A stretch of 63,032 nucleotides of DNA, filler included, from Octopus bimaculoides (GCF_001194135.2; 4 parts of 4 records of this genome joined end to end with filler, not necessarily neighbours in it); one strand, 5' to 3'. Counted from the whole stretch's first letter, positions 1 through 12,313 are shown. Notes: generated by a model from the sequence alone, not told the origin. Numbers and translations: made by a program.

Positions 1-894
1 AACAGAATTCTGATTGGTCAAAAGTGTCTTCTTGTTTCAAGCTCTGATTTTCTGCCTATTCTTGTTGGAACCTCTGATACAGAGAATCAAAATTTTAATC
101 CCTTTCACACTTATAAAATGTCAAGCAAATTTAAAAATTTGTCATTATTGTTTTAGCTGAGAGACCAAACTGATAGTTTGGTAACCCACTAAAATAAACA
201 TTAAAAATCGAAAGGAGAAAATAAACAGCTTTGCCAGTTTAATTCAGTATTTATTGAAAAAGTGAGGTGTGAGATTTAAGAAGCGACTTGTTAGAATATA
301 CACGTCTGTGAGGAGACATAAACAAGAATAGCAAAAATCTACTATACCAAAAGAACTGGTAGTACATACATTACAAGTGTTCTATGAAGAGAGCATAAGA
401 TTGATATATAATTCAACATGAATGTCAAATGACATTAAACATTGTAAAAGGTAAATGAAGGTTCGTGTAGGAATGCTAAGTCATATTCACTCAGTGAATT
501 TACATGTGCAAGGATGAATTATGATGTTGTTGTTGGCATTAGATGCAGTAAAATATGGCCCGGACCGTGATTACCAGTATGAACGTCAAACTTCAAAAAG
601 TAGTAAACCATTTAATGGTTTTAATAAATTTATAAGAAAAAGTAAGCATTATACCGTCTAGCGTGAATAAAAGTCAACTTCATTATATTTTTTCTGTAAG
701 AACCTATTCTGACATTAAATGTGTCTACTACCAGTACAAATGTTTACATTTGTATACCATTTTTCAACAAAACAAAATTTCTAAAAAGATTTCGGAAATG
801 ATCAACTCATGTAATTTATGCACCACCTAAAGTTTATTTTTGGTTTTGCAAAAGAAAGTGTGTAAATTGCATGAGTTTTTATGGTAAATATATA

Positions 895-1589
895 TAGGAG
901 TTGACAAAATAATGGAAACAACAAGCATCATAGCATCATAATTTTGAAATATCTATAAAACTGCCAAAAGCTTGTCTATTTTTACCTTATTTCCGACCTC
1001 CGGCTGAGTATGCATGTGGAGACAGCCAAAAGAAGCATTTGACCCAGACTGCCTTCTTCCAACTGTTAAACATGGAGGAGGATCTGTAATGATCTGAGGC
1101 AAGGGCTATATCTTGGAAATCTGCTGGCCCAATGGTTTCCCTTAATGGCAGAATTAATAGACAAGACTGTTTAAGCATTTTACCTGATCAAATTCTTCTC
1201 ATTTCTGGAGGGAAATGCAATCTTTCAGGATGATAATGCAACAATTTACACAACTAAAGTTATTACTGAATGGCACGAGGAACATTCTAGTGAAGTCGAA
1301 CATCTTATCTGGCCACCACAGTCCCCAGATCTTAATATTATGGAACATTTATGGTGCATTTTAGAAAAACAAGTAAGGAGTCGATGTCCTCCACCATCAT
1401 CACTACAAGAACTGGAGACTGTCTTAGCTGAAGAAAGGCCAAAAATTCCTTTGGAAACAATTCAAACTTTGTACAAGTCCATATCTCATAGAATTCAAGC
1501 TGTATTTACTGCCAAAGGTGGTCCTACCCCATATTAAAATAAATTTGTTTGACATTTTAAGGTGTTTGCATTATCTTGTCCAACCCCTG
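895..1589 (+). mobile_element. Tc1-like DNA transposon, internally deleted (both TIRs plus the C-terminal DDE half of the transposase, DD36E spacing)
   Basis: Left TIR TAGGAGTTGACAAAATAATGGAAACA (895-920) matches the reverse complement of the right end GGTGTTTGCATTATCTTGTCCAACCCCTG (1561-1589), flanked by TA. Translation gives KEAFDPDCLLPTVKHGGGSVMI*G, then GNAIFQDDNA...WPPQSPDLNIMEHLW...AKGGPTPY*. The HTH region is missing. Confidence 0.9.
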
Positions 1590-1798
1590 TATATGTATAT
1601 GTATATATATTTTTATATATATNNNNNNNNNNNNNNNNNNNNNNNNNNNNNNNNNNNNNNNNNNNNNNNNNNNNNNNNNNNNNNNNNNNNNNNNNNNNNN
1701 NNNNNNNNNNNNNNNNNNNNNNNNNNNNNNNNNNNNNNNNNNNNNNNNNNNNNNNNNNNNNNNTATATTAGAAAGTTTGGAGGTGATGTACAGGAATT

Positions 1799-2038
1799 AT
1801 ATATTAGAAAAATTAATAAGGTACTCAGATATCTGGATGGTTGTACATTTACAGATTTTTATTAATATATCACATGTTTTTATAACTTAGCACTTCCATC
1901 TATTCTAGTAGATTCTCCAGAGAATCTACTAGAATAGATGCAAGCACTAATTTATAAAAACATGTGACATATTAATAAAAGTCTGTAAATGTACAGCCAT
2001 CCAGATATCTGAGTACCTTATTAATTTTTCTAATATAT
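1799..2038. repeat. Long palindrome, 119-bp arms with a 2-nt loop
   Basis: 1799-1917 is the reverse complement of 1920-2038 with about 7 mismatches; centre GATTCTC-CA-GAGAATC. Confidence 0.95.
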
Positions 2039-2049
2039 ATATATATATA

Positions 2050-2598
2050 TATAATGGAGTAATTACTACGAAGCATTGCGCAGAGTATTTTGTATAAAGG
2101 ATCGTGGGTAAGGCCAAAACAATGTGACGTAAATGCAAGATAACTCACAAGAAAACAAATATGTGAATTCATGTAGACTTACCTTGTATTCAATATTTCG
2201 GGGTTATGACCCCATTTTCAAGAAATTGACAATTGTTTCCGGTGTGCATGTGTGTGAGCATGATGGAGTGGACATGCACAAGAGTGGAAATGCACAGGAG
2301 TGAACATGCTATGTGTGGAGTGGACATGTGTAGAGTGGACATGTGTGGAGTGGCCATGCTAGGTTCCTGTAACTCTTTTCTATTGCTGATCTTAGGTTTC
2401 TTTTGGTGTATGAGGATGGCCTCAGAGATTCTAAGATTGCCCCTGTTCCACTGTGTTGCTTTGATGTGCACTGTGAACTCCTGGGTCTGGCATTTCTGTA
2501 GATGTTTCTTCACGGAAGTGTCTGCTTGCATGTGTTCCTTAATGCGTATGTGCAGTTTTCTTGTCATGCTTCCTATGTAGGATGTGCTACATTTGCCA
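2050..2598 (-). mobile_element. Penelope-like element 3' fragment (GIY-YIG endonuclease plus 3' region)
   Basis: ORF 2190-2606: KCSTSYIGSMTRKLHIRIKEH...EAILIHQKKPKISN, which fits the GIY-YIG pattern C..YIG.T.R.L..R..EH...EAI.I...P..N. Confidence 0.8.
2189..2224 (-). ncRNA. Minimal type I hammerhead-like motif (U3-A8 core) in the PLE 3' region
   Basis: Minus strand: TTC-TTGAAAA-T-GGGG-tcataa-CCCC-GAAA-TA-TT-GAA. Palindromic stem III ATAT; stem I is only 3 bp. Confidence 0.5.
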
Positions 2599-2784
2599 CT
2601 TGACAACTGGTGTTGTTGAATTTACATGCCTGTAACTTAGCAGTTCAGCAAAAGGGACTGATAGAATAAGTGCTAGGCTTAAAAACAAGTCCTGGGGTTG
2701 AATTGTTTGACAAATACACTTCAAGGTGATGCTGTAGCAAGGCTGCAATCAAATGACTGAAACAAGTAAAAGAATAAAAGAATA
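2599..2784 (+). mobile_element. SINE 3' half (family B)
   Basis: Matches copies at 5253, 13500, 19590, 27058 and 59850 (...GTAACTTAGC...GACTGAAACAAGTAAAAGAATAAAAG tail). Confidence 0.75.
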
Positions 2785-2789
2785 TATAT

Positions 2790-3000
2790 TTAAGATGGCA
2801 AGATGGCATGCTGGGCAAAATCCATAGCGGCATTTCTTCTCTTTTTCTGAGTTCTGAGTTCAAATTTCACCTAGGTTGACTTTGCCTTTCATCCCTTTTG
2901 GGGTCGATAAAATAAGTACCAGTCGAGCAATGGAGTTGATGTAATCAACTTATCCCCTCGCACAAAATTGCTGGTCTTATGCCAAAATTTGAAATGAATA
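2790..3000 (+). mobile_element. SINE family D, decayed
   Basis: TTCTGAGTTCAAAT...GACTTTGCCTTTCATCC...GGGGTCGATAAAATAAGTACCAG is shared with the copies at 48.5 kb and 57.1 kb. Confidence 0.7.
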
Positions 3001-3017
3001 GATATATATATTTATAA

Positions 3018-3362
3018 TGAGACTGCTGGCGATTTCCTGTGCTTGAGAAGACATGTCAAGCTAAGAGAAATCGTAGTTATGGCTAGTGCTGGTGAGACTT
3101 GAACGGCACCTGTGCCAGTGACACATAAAAACACTCATGCCAGAGACACATAAAAGGCCCTTGTGCTGGTGACACATAAAAGGCACTCAGTTCACTTTGT
3201 GGAGTGGTCGGCCTTAAGAAGGGCATCCAGCTGTAGAGAACCAGGCTAAAACGGACTAGCTCCCAGTGCAGCTCTCCACCTTACCAGCTCCAGTCAAACC
3301 AACTAATTCTTGCTAGCACAGAAAACGGATGCTAAATGATGATGATGATGATGATGATGATG
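3018..3362 (+). mobile_element. RTE-type LINE 3' end (ORF end, 3' UTR with ~22-bp internal tandem units, (GAT)n tail); family E
   Basis: Translates as RDCWRFPVLEKTCQAK, followed by a UTR ending GCTAAAT(GAT)n. The same UTR recurs at 7.4, 11.4, 19.2, 20.8, 25.3 and 25.7 kb. Confidence 0.7.
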
Positions 3363-3437
3363 ATATGTGTGTATATGTGTGTGTGTGTATATATATATAA
3401 AGCTCCCAGTGTATATATATATAAAGATTGTCATACC

Positions 3438-3477
3438 GGCCATGACGAAGGGAAATAGCCCTGAAACTCGAGTCGCC
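3438..3477 (+). ncRNA. Minimal type I hammerhead-like motif
   Basis: GGC-C(A)TGACGA-AGGG-aaatag-CCCT-GAAA-CT-CG-AG-TC-GCC. Palindromic stem III ACTCGAGT, GUC cleavage triplet, one extra A in the core. Confidence 0.65.
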
Positions 3478-4902
3478 TTTATATATATATATTTATATTT
3501 ATATATTTATATATTTGATCCTTTATATTGAACACTCAATATTTCATCTACATTCAATACTTTATTTCATGGTGCCATCCATTTTTATTTTATTTTATAT
3601 TATATATTGTATATTATATTATATATTGTATATTCCATATTCTATACCCCACATTAGTTCTGCAGGAATATAAATAAAACATAAAAAACAGACAGTGTTG
3701 GAACTCTTTTAAGCAAAATAATATATTCCTCTATACACAATCNNNNNNNNNNNNNNNNNNNNNNNNNNNNNNNNNNNNNNNNNNNNNNNNNNNNNNNNNN
3801 NNNNNNNNNNNNNNNNNNNNNNNNNNNNNNNNNNNNNNNNNNNNNNNNNNNNNNNNNNNNNNNNNNNNNNNNNNNNNNNNNNNNNNNNNNNNNNNNNNNN
3901 NNNNNNNNNNNNNNNNNNNNNNNNNNNNNNNNNNNNNNNNNNNNNNNNNNNNNNNNNNNNNNNNNNNNNNNNNNNNNNNNNNNNNNNNNNNNNNNNNNNN
4001 NNNNNNNNNNNNNNNNNNNNNNNNNNNNNNNNNNNNNNNNNNNNNNNNNNNNNNNNNNNNNNNNNNNNNNNNNNNNNNNNNNNNNNNNNNNNNNNNNNNN
4101 NNNNNNNNNNNNNNNNNNNNNNNNNNNNNNNNNNNNNNNNNNNNNNNNNNNNNNNNNNNNNNNNNNNNNNNNNNNNNNNNNNNNNNNNNNNNNNNNNNNN
4201 NNNNNNNNNNNNNNNNNNNNNNNNNNNNNNNNNNNNNNNNNNNNNNNNNNNNNNNNNNNNNNNNNNNNNNNNNNNNNNNNNNNNNNNNNNNTATATATAT
4301 ATATATATTACAAAACTAGTTAGGGAGGGCACTGAATAGAATTATTCAGTATTTTTTTCCAAGACACAAGTAATGTATAGAAAAACTTTGTGGTAGCCCA
4401 GCATTGTATCATTGGCACAGACAAATGACAAACTAGTACAGGAGGAATATGCCAGTTTTGAAAATTAATTTACTTCCATCATGAAATAGAAAACATCTAA
4501 ATGTCAGTGACATTTTTTTTTTTTTTTGTCTTCTATGAAATAATGCTCCAGCACACAGAATGGATACTTTTTCCTAGATATTTTTCAAGGACAGTCTGTC
4601 AGTTTGTGTAATGAGATATTGCAATTTGTTGAAGTACATACCACAAGTTTATATTTGTGATGCATGTGTGCACAAAATAACATTCCCCACCCCTATCTTA
4701 ACTGTTTTAGTAAAGAAGTATTGGCATGCCTTCAGGTTATATCTAACATTTCATTTGAGGTGGAGGAACAGTCACTGGGATGACCTCAATGATTTCGAAC
4801 TCAGAATGTAGAGAACAGGAACAGATGCTGCAAGGGCAATTTTGTGTCACACTCTAATTAACCTGCCAATCCATTGTCCCCATGTTGCTGCTGCTGCTGC
4901 TC

Positions 4903-4946
<44 letters not shown>

Positions 4947-4989
4947 GNNNNNNNNNNATATATATACATACATATATATATATATATAC

Positions 4990-5022
<33 letters not shown>

Positions 5023-5183
5023 AATACATTTATACACATATGCATGCATACATTTATACATGTATACATACATATTCGTTAGCGATATAAACATGAGTGT
5101 TTATATGCACCACAAATCCATATGAGAGATTTTCATGGTAAATAACATAGTATTCTGTATGTGAGTGTGTGTGTGTTTGCAAG

Positions 5184-5215
<32 letters not shown>

Positions 5216-5252
5216 CATGTATGCATGCATATATGTATGTGTCTTCATTTTT

Positions 5253-5452
5253 TTGTGTTTGTCTCCCTCCAATGCTTGGCAACTGGTGTTGGTTTGTTTA
5301 CATCCCTGTGATCCAGTGGTTTGGCAAAAGAGATTGACAGAATAAATATCACTCAAAAAGTAACTACTGGGGGTTGATTTCTTCGACTAAACCCTTCACG
5401 GTAGTGCCCCAGCATGGCCACAGCTCAATGGCTGAAACAAGTAAGAGATAAA
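5253..5452 (+). mobile_element. SINE 3' half (family B)
   Basis: Homologous to 2599-2784 and 13500-13712. Confidence 0.7.
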
Positions 5453-5669
5453 GGCAAACATTTAACCATTTAGTGAGAGGAGGAAGGACAGAGCCTATGA
5501 TCTTTTACAAGGACCCTGAGGAGTGGTGGGAGAAAGGGAGAAAATTATCTTTCAGCCAGGCCCTTGACTTGAATGCTTGTAACAGCATGGATTCTGCTGA
5601 ATGTACCCCAAGAGCTTACACTTGTTTCATTAATGAATGCTAGGCTGTGGTTATTGTCGAATCTGTGAA

Positions 5670-6211
5670 GGTGCATAGCATAGTAGTTGAGGTATTTGGC
5701 TCATGGTTGTAAAAGCATGAGTTCGATTCCTGGCAGCACATTATGTTCTTGAGCAAGACACTTTATTTCATGTTGCTCCAGTCCACTCAGCTGGTAAAAA
5801 TGAGTTGTATCTGTAATTCAAAGGGCCAGCCTTGTCATATTCAGTGTGTCATGCCTAATATCCCTGAGAACTACATTTAGGGTACCTGTGTCTGTGAAAT
5901 GATCAGCCACTTGCACATTAATTTCAAGAACAGGCTTAAATTTCGTAAGGTCATGAGGTCAATTTCCTGCAGTGCGTTGTGCCCTTGAACAAGACCTTTT
6001 GTTTCACGTTACTCAAGTCCACTCAGCTGGCAAAAATAAGTTGTACCTGTAATTCAAAGGGCCAGATTTACCACATTCTGTATCATACTGAATCTCCTTG
6101 AGGACTACGTTAAGGGGACATGTGTCTGTGGAATGCTCTGCCACTTGCATTTTGTTTTCACATGCAGCTGTTCCATTGATCGGATCAACTGGAACCTTCG
6201 TCATAGTAACC
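5670..6211 (+). mobile_element. Two head-to-tail tRNA-derived SINEs (family C variant)
   Basis: B-box-like GAGTTCGATTCC near 5720. The body CTGTAATTCAAAGGGCCAG...GAGAACTAC occurs at about 5810 and 6045, and matches 19731, 41127, 45342 and 58233. Confidence 0.7.
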
Positions 6212-6510
6212 AACTGGGCGCCAGTCTGTTGAACATGCTGAATATTTCTGATTACACAGTTTATTACCAAAGATATGCCAGCTGTAACTATCCAGAGACT
6301 CTGTATATTTTTTAATACTTTCTCCAATGTGTTCTATTTTGGGGGGATTGAAGGATTAGTGTTGAGGGAGATTTAGTTGCTATTTTGAGCATGTTAGGTC
6401 AGCACATAGAGGTCAACCTCTTTGGTTATCAATAGATAATATTATGTTAAAGAGTATACACAATGCTTATACCGATTCTTCTTTGATCTTTTTCCTTCAC
6501 TCCACTCACA

Positions 6511-6946
6511 CACCATCTTTTCACCACATCTTCCCTCTTCATTCACCGCTGACAGCTTGGCCAACTTCATCTTCATCCTTCACTACTCTCCACTGAATTA
6601 CCAGACACTGAAACATTACACTTTCCATTCCCTGAGTGAATTTATCAGCATTCTGTACTCGCATCACCTCTCTTTGCCCAATATTTCCCTTCTCTCTCTC
6701 CACACACACACACACACACACACACACTCTCTCTCTCTCACACACACACACACACTCACAGACACAGACACACACACACACACACACACATTCACACATT
6801 CACACTCTCTCTCTCTCACACACACACTCACAGACACAGACACACACACATTCACATACACACATTCTCTCTCTCTCACACACACACACTCACACACACT
6901 CACAGACACAGACACACACACACACATTCACACACACACACACACA

Positions 6947-6988
<42 letters not shown>

Positions 6989-7100
6989 ATCTTCACTATA
7001 TCTTTCATCTTCTTTCACTGCTGACAGCTAAGTCAACAACACCTTCATTATCTCTGCTCTCCACTGAATTACAAGAGCCATGATATGTTACACTTTCCAT
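6511..7100. repeat. Diverged ~120-bp direct repeat (6511-6628 and 6985-7100) enclosing a compound (CA)/(CT) microsatellite with higher-order units
   Basis: Both units share CACCATCTT...GCTGACAGCT...CTCCACTGAATTAC...TTACACTTTCCAT. Internal units CTCTCTCTCACACAC...CTCACAGACACAGACAC repeat three times. Confidence 0.75.
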
Positions 7101-7210
7101 ATTCTTCACAGCAATAGATCCTACCAACTTACTTGTGGTTGAAATGGAAGTTTCCAACAATTTTTTTTTACTTCTTCTCATAAAAGGATCAGTGGCCTTC
7201 ATTTATTACT

Positions 7211-7380
7211 CAGGTGTGGCTGTGTGCTCACGAAGCTTGCTTTCCAGTCATGGTGTCTTCGGTTCTGTCTCACAGCATGGCACCTTGGGCTAGTGAGAAG
7301 AGTCTTCTATGATGGCCCCAGGTTAACCAAAGCCGTGTGAGTGGATTTGGTAAACAGAAACTGGAAAAAGCCCATAGTAT
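7211..7380 (+). mobile_element. tRNA-derived SINE head (family A), decayed
   Basis: A-box-like TGGCTGTGTG; body GGCACCTTGGGC...CCAAAGCC.TGTGAGTGGATTTGGTA. Confidence 0.75.
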
Positions 7381-7381
7381 A

Positions 7382-7382
7382 A

Positions 7383-7418
<36 letters not shown>

Positions 7419-7814
7419 AATCATCATCATCGTTATCATCGTCATCATCATTATCATCATTTAACATCTGTTTTCTATTTTGCTACGGGCTGGACAGTTT
7501 GACAGAAGCTGGCAAACCAGACAACTGCACCAGGCTCCAGTTGTCTGTTTTGGCGTGGTTTCTATGGCTGGATGCCCCTCTTATCACCAACGCTCTACAT
7601 AATGTACTGGGACCAGCCACTGGTGCTTTTTTGCGTGATGCCAGCACAGGTGTTTTATACATGGCACCTGTGCATGTGCTCTATATGTGGCATCAACATG
7701 GGTGCTTTTTATGTGGCACTGCTTTTTACATGGCACCACCACAGGTACTTTTTACTTAGCACTACGATGGGCGCATTTTGTGTGACACCATCATGGGAGT
7801 TTTTTACGCATTAC

Positions 7815-7820
<6 letters not shown>
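7382..7820 (-). mobile_element. RTE 3' UTR fragment (family E) with (GAT)n tail
   Basis: Reverse complement of the 3018-3362 type; (CAT)n at 7382-7460 and tandem GTGCTTTTTACRTGGCACC units. Confidence 0.7.
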
Positions 7821-7853
<33 letters not shown>

Positions 7854-7970
7854 ATAATTTAGTCAATTCTAATCAAGCAGATCTATGATCAAAAGTATTC
7901 TAGCCATGACTGGTTCTCCATACTACGTGCAGGAAAACCTAGGACCACATTATGAATTACATTATATCTA

Positions 7971-8016
<46 letters not shown>

Positions 8017-8035
8017 TGTGTGTGTGTGTGTGCTT

Positions 8036-8120
8036 TCAAGTAAAAAGGCAGGGTATGTCTTTAAGGAAGATTTAGCTACTATTTCTAGTAGATCGAATGA
8101 CCATGTAGAGGCTGCCTTAT
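8036..8120 (+). repeat. Short unclassified interspersed repeat (also about 6366-6420, 23400-23470 and 56985-57033)
   Basis: Shared core GATTTAGCTRCTATTTCTAG...TCGA..GACCA..TAGAGG. Confidence 0.5.
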
Positions 8121-8997
8121 AGGCTCAAACTCCCTATTCCCCATTTATCATGGGAAGTTTTTTTTTTGCAACTAAGAGTATTGAGTTAGAACTGGGGTGG
8201 GGAGTAGAGTATTTTAGGTCAGGGACACACTGTGACAGCTATAACAAGATATGAACCATCGATCCATCATCCATACATGAACACACTCAGTCTGTGATTC
8301 CACTTCCATATCTGGTGGTGGAATCACACCAAAAATGTAACAATAACAAATGTTTCATTAACCTTCTCCTCCCACTTTTCTTCTCTCTTTCTTTCTTTTT
8401 TCTTTCTTTCTTTCTTTCTTTCTTTTTTCTTTCTTTCTTTCTTTCTTCCTTTTATTTATTTATTTATTTATTTATTTTTTGAAGAAATAGTTCTATAAGA
8501 CTTTGTATTGGATTCTAGCCAGTTTCAGTTCAACATAATAGGGTAGAATTGTACCAAAATCAATTTCGGTGCACAATACAATAGGAATAACAAAATAAAA
8601 CAAGACACAACAAAACAAAAACAAAAAACAAACAAACAAACAAAACAAAAATATAAAAGGAGAAAAAAAGATAAAATGAAGAAAAATATAAATAAATAAA
8701 GAACAAAATTTTCGTAATTTTAGTTTGTACTAAGATATAACTAGTAAATAAAACAAGTTGTATTCAAACATGGCTTAACAATATTCAATGCTGTATTTAA
8801 TATTTCCATTTGTAGCAGTGTATTTTTGACTTTAATTTGTATAATGCAAGCATAAAAATAATGGAAAAACATCTAAAAATAGCTGTGAACACATCAATAA
8901 AACTTTCCCCAAATGCTAAAACAATTTAATCGAATGATATTGCTGGTTGAAATCTTTACAAGATCTTTTATGAAAATATCTTCCATATTTTACATTT

Positions 8998-9028
<31 letters not shown>

Positions 9029-9270
9029 AAAAATTTAATTTAATTTTTGTTTTTATAATTTAATCAAACTAATTCCAAGTACTTCAATTTTGGGCTATTT
9101 TCTTGACCTGTCATGATTATAATAATACTAATTAATTAATATAATTATAGTATAATTACAAATAAATTCTTTATTAAATTTTATATTGCTACCTACACAC
9201 ACACACATGTGTGTGTGTATATATATATATGTGTGTATGCATATATATATATATATTTGTATGTGTATAT

Positions 9271-9403
<133 letters not shown>

Positions 9404-9659
9404 CACATACAAATCTCAACTGAATCTATTTTTACCTCCCACCCATCCCTCACTACCACCTCTGTGAAGGAAGCTGGTGCACATGCACATATTTGTGCAC
9501 ATAATTATATGTATGCGCTTGTATGCTTACATTTATATGCATGTATGTGCATACCCATGAAGGCGTTTCAAAACTGAAGGAAATTAAAACTGCAATTGTA
9601 ACTTATGCTTCACACTAAACACAAAGATCTTTTTCTTTCCAGATTTGAAAACATCCTCC

Positions 9660-9921
9660 AACCTTCTTCCCAGGTCTACAAGCTCAGAGTTGCCACAATT
9701 AATGTTAGTACAATGGAAAGATAATCGAAATGCTTGAGTGGAGGTGTGTAGATGCATGCTGCATGCAAGAGGTATGATGGAGAGGAGTCTCAGCTAGACT
9801 GCTTACAGGCAAGAGACATAGACACAAGTTTTTCTGGGTGGGCAGCAATGATGGTCAAAGGGGTGTCAGTATTCTTCTAGCAATGAAATAGATGGATAAG
9901 GTGACTGAGGTAGTTAGAAAG
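9660..9921 (+). mobile_element. RTE-type LINE fragment, APE endonuclease N-terminus (pseudogenised)
   Basis: LRVATINVSTME...IEMLEWRCVDACCMQEV*WRGVSARLLTGKRHRHKFFWVGSNDGQRGVSILLAMK*MDKVTEVVR, matching APE motifs (T.NV, D...QE..W.G, GV.IL). Confidence 0.8.
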
Positions 9922-9959
9922 ATACATAGAAGCAATCCATTTGCATACACACACATAGA

Positions 9960-10253
9960 AAAGGTCCATAGACAAAGATAGATAGGCTAAAGTTGCACAG
10001 TGGCTGACTGTCCACATATATACAGAATCTACATGCACACACAAACAGTTCACTCACAGACAAACTGAGAGTTCCACTTGTAGAAAAACTGATGATCTTC
10101 TATTCATATAAAGACACTCTGTACATTCACAGAGACAGAGATACAGTGTGTCCAGAGAAAGATAGACACCTTTCCACACTCATAAAGACACCGAAACAGT
10201 CCATATACAAATAGACAGTGATGGTCCATAGAGAAAGGAAGGAAGATTAGAAG

Positions 10254-10315
<62 letters not shown>

Positions 10316-10690
10316 TTTCATGTACATAGAGACAGACAGCCTAAAGTCAGAGAGAAAAAGAGAGAGAGAAAGAAAGAAAGAAATAAAGCAAGTCCATATA
10401 CAGAGAGACAAACAGATAACCCAAGCTCAGAGAGAAAGAGAGAGAGAGAAAGAGAGAAAGAGATTTCATGTACATAGAGGTAGGCAACCTAAAGTCAGAG
10501 AGAAAAAGAGAAAGAGAGAAAGACAGTCCATATATACAGAGACAAACAGATAACCTAAATACAGAGAGAAAGAAAGAGAGAGAAAGAGAGAGAGAGATAC
10601 AATTCATTCAGTCTATGCATATGGTGAGACAGTTAGTCCAGTCCATAGAGAGAGAGAAACTGACAGAAAAAGAGAGACTGAGAGAGTCCA
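9960..10690. repeat. Degenerate minisatellite with GTCCA(T/C)A...AGA units interleaved with (GA)n
   Basis: GATTTCATGTACATAGAG...CCTAAAGTCAGAGAGAAAAAG...GTCCATATA..CAGAGACAAACAGATAACC occurs twice (about 10314-10420 and 10461-10560); looser GTCCA units run from 9960. Confidence 0.55.
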
Positions 10691-11339
10691 TGCACACAAA
10701 TCCCCCCCCCCCCNNNNNNNNNNNNNNNNNNNNNCCCCCACACACACACACATCCTTAGAGACATAATATCTAGCTGTCCATCATACACATACACAGAAA
10801 AACAAAAGTGATTTGTAAAGAAACGGATCTTGTTAAATTCCTTTAAACTACTTGAAGCTTTCCAAATTTTCACCAGATTATTTTCAAAATGTAGTTCTGG
10901 TGTAAGTTTTGCCTATGATGATGAAAATCACATTCATTTTTTCTAGAAATTATTAACAAAGATGCTACATGCATTTAAAGTCATGTAATTTTAGCCAATC
11001 AAAAGCCTCTGTTGCTGACATATCAAGTGTTCTGATCTCTGTTGCAATGCAAACAAAAATTTTGTGTGGTTTCTGGCCATGCAAGAAATAGCAACCAAAT
11101 CTTCCCAGAATTACTTGATGATAAACAAGAAGAATGCAGTTCTGTTGAAGGCAATCAATGCAATATGTAGTTTTTGTAATCTTCAGAATTCATTTGCAAA
11201 TGCAGGAGTAGTAAAAAAGGGATTGTATACATTCAGAAATGAATATTAAATCATCTTTACTTTTAATATGAGATAATTTATGACACATTAATTACACAAT
11301 CAAATTATTAATGAGCTTAGATTACTTTGAGAAAATATA

Positions 11340-11665
11340 TCATCATTATCATCATCATCACTTAATGTCTGTTTTCTATGCTGGGATGGGTTAGATGGTT
11401 TGACATGGAGTGAGCAAGGCCAGGATCCACACCAAGTTCTGTTGCCTGCTTTGGCTTGGTTTCTACAGCTGGATGCCCTTCCTAACGCCAACCACTATAC
11501 CAAATGTTCTGGGTGCTTTCTATGTGGTACAAGCACCAGTGCTTTTTATGCGACACCATCACCAGTGCTTCGTATGTGGCACAATCACAGTACTCTTTAC
11601 ATGGCCCCATTACCATTGCTTTTAATGTGGCACCATTACCAATGTTTTTTACATGGCACCAGCAC
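11340..11665 (-). mobile_element. RTE 3' UTR fragment (family E)
   Basis: CTACAGCTGGATGCCCTTCCTAACGCCAACCAC plus tandem units; (CAT)n tail. Confidence 0.7.
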
Positions 11666-12273
11666 CAATATAATAATCATATAGTAATTGTGAATATAGT
11701 AAATGTGAATGTCTACAGACAAACAGAATATACATTTATACAAGCACGAGTATGTGTATGCGTGTGCATATGTGTTTGCATATATATGTACTTGTGTGTA
11801 TATGTGCATATCTCTATGCTCACCACTTGTATTTGTGTCTGTGTATTTGTGTCTGTATAAGTGGATGTGTGTATGTATATTCTAGCCATTGTAGTTTGAC
11901 CAGTCAGAGGCTAATCAAGTGAAAGGATCTGTCTGTCTTTGTATGATATCAATTGGAATCTGTGATTGAATCCACCTGATATCTTTTATTGATCCCACTG
12001 TTATTCCAGCAGAGTGCCATAAACAGTTGTCAGTATGGAATTGGTTTCTTTCGTTATTTATCATACATTTGATTTCTGTAATTTCCTCCACTATCTTAAC
12101 CTTCTTTCCAAAGCGTGATCAGTCGTATTAACAAATGGCAGGAATTCTTTGATCTTTTTAGCGCTTCTAATGCCACAGAATTGTTAGCTCTCTACAATGC
12201 CACTCATTGTAAATTGAGGCATTATGGAAACCAACAGAAATATCTGTATTATATCCATGAATCAGGTTGAGAG

Positions 12274-12313
<40 letters not shown>

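Noticed and set aside
543-645. Candidate host exons (543-640 and about 24390-24480)
   Set aside because: Plausible AG/GT sites exist, but the peptides are unrecognised and splice signals are weak or ambiguous, so no gene model can be supported.
7620-7820. CRISPR-like array of ~22-bp repeats
   Set aside because: The units are degenerate, have no unique spacers, sit inside a eukaryotic RTE 3' UTR, and no cas genes are present.
8700-8990. L1/Tx1-like 3' end on the minus strand
   Set aside because: AT-rich, with no diagnostic CCHC or RT motif readable.
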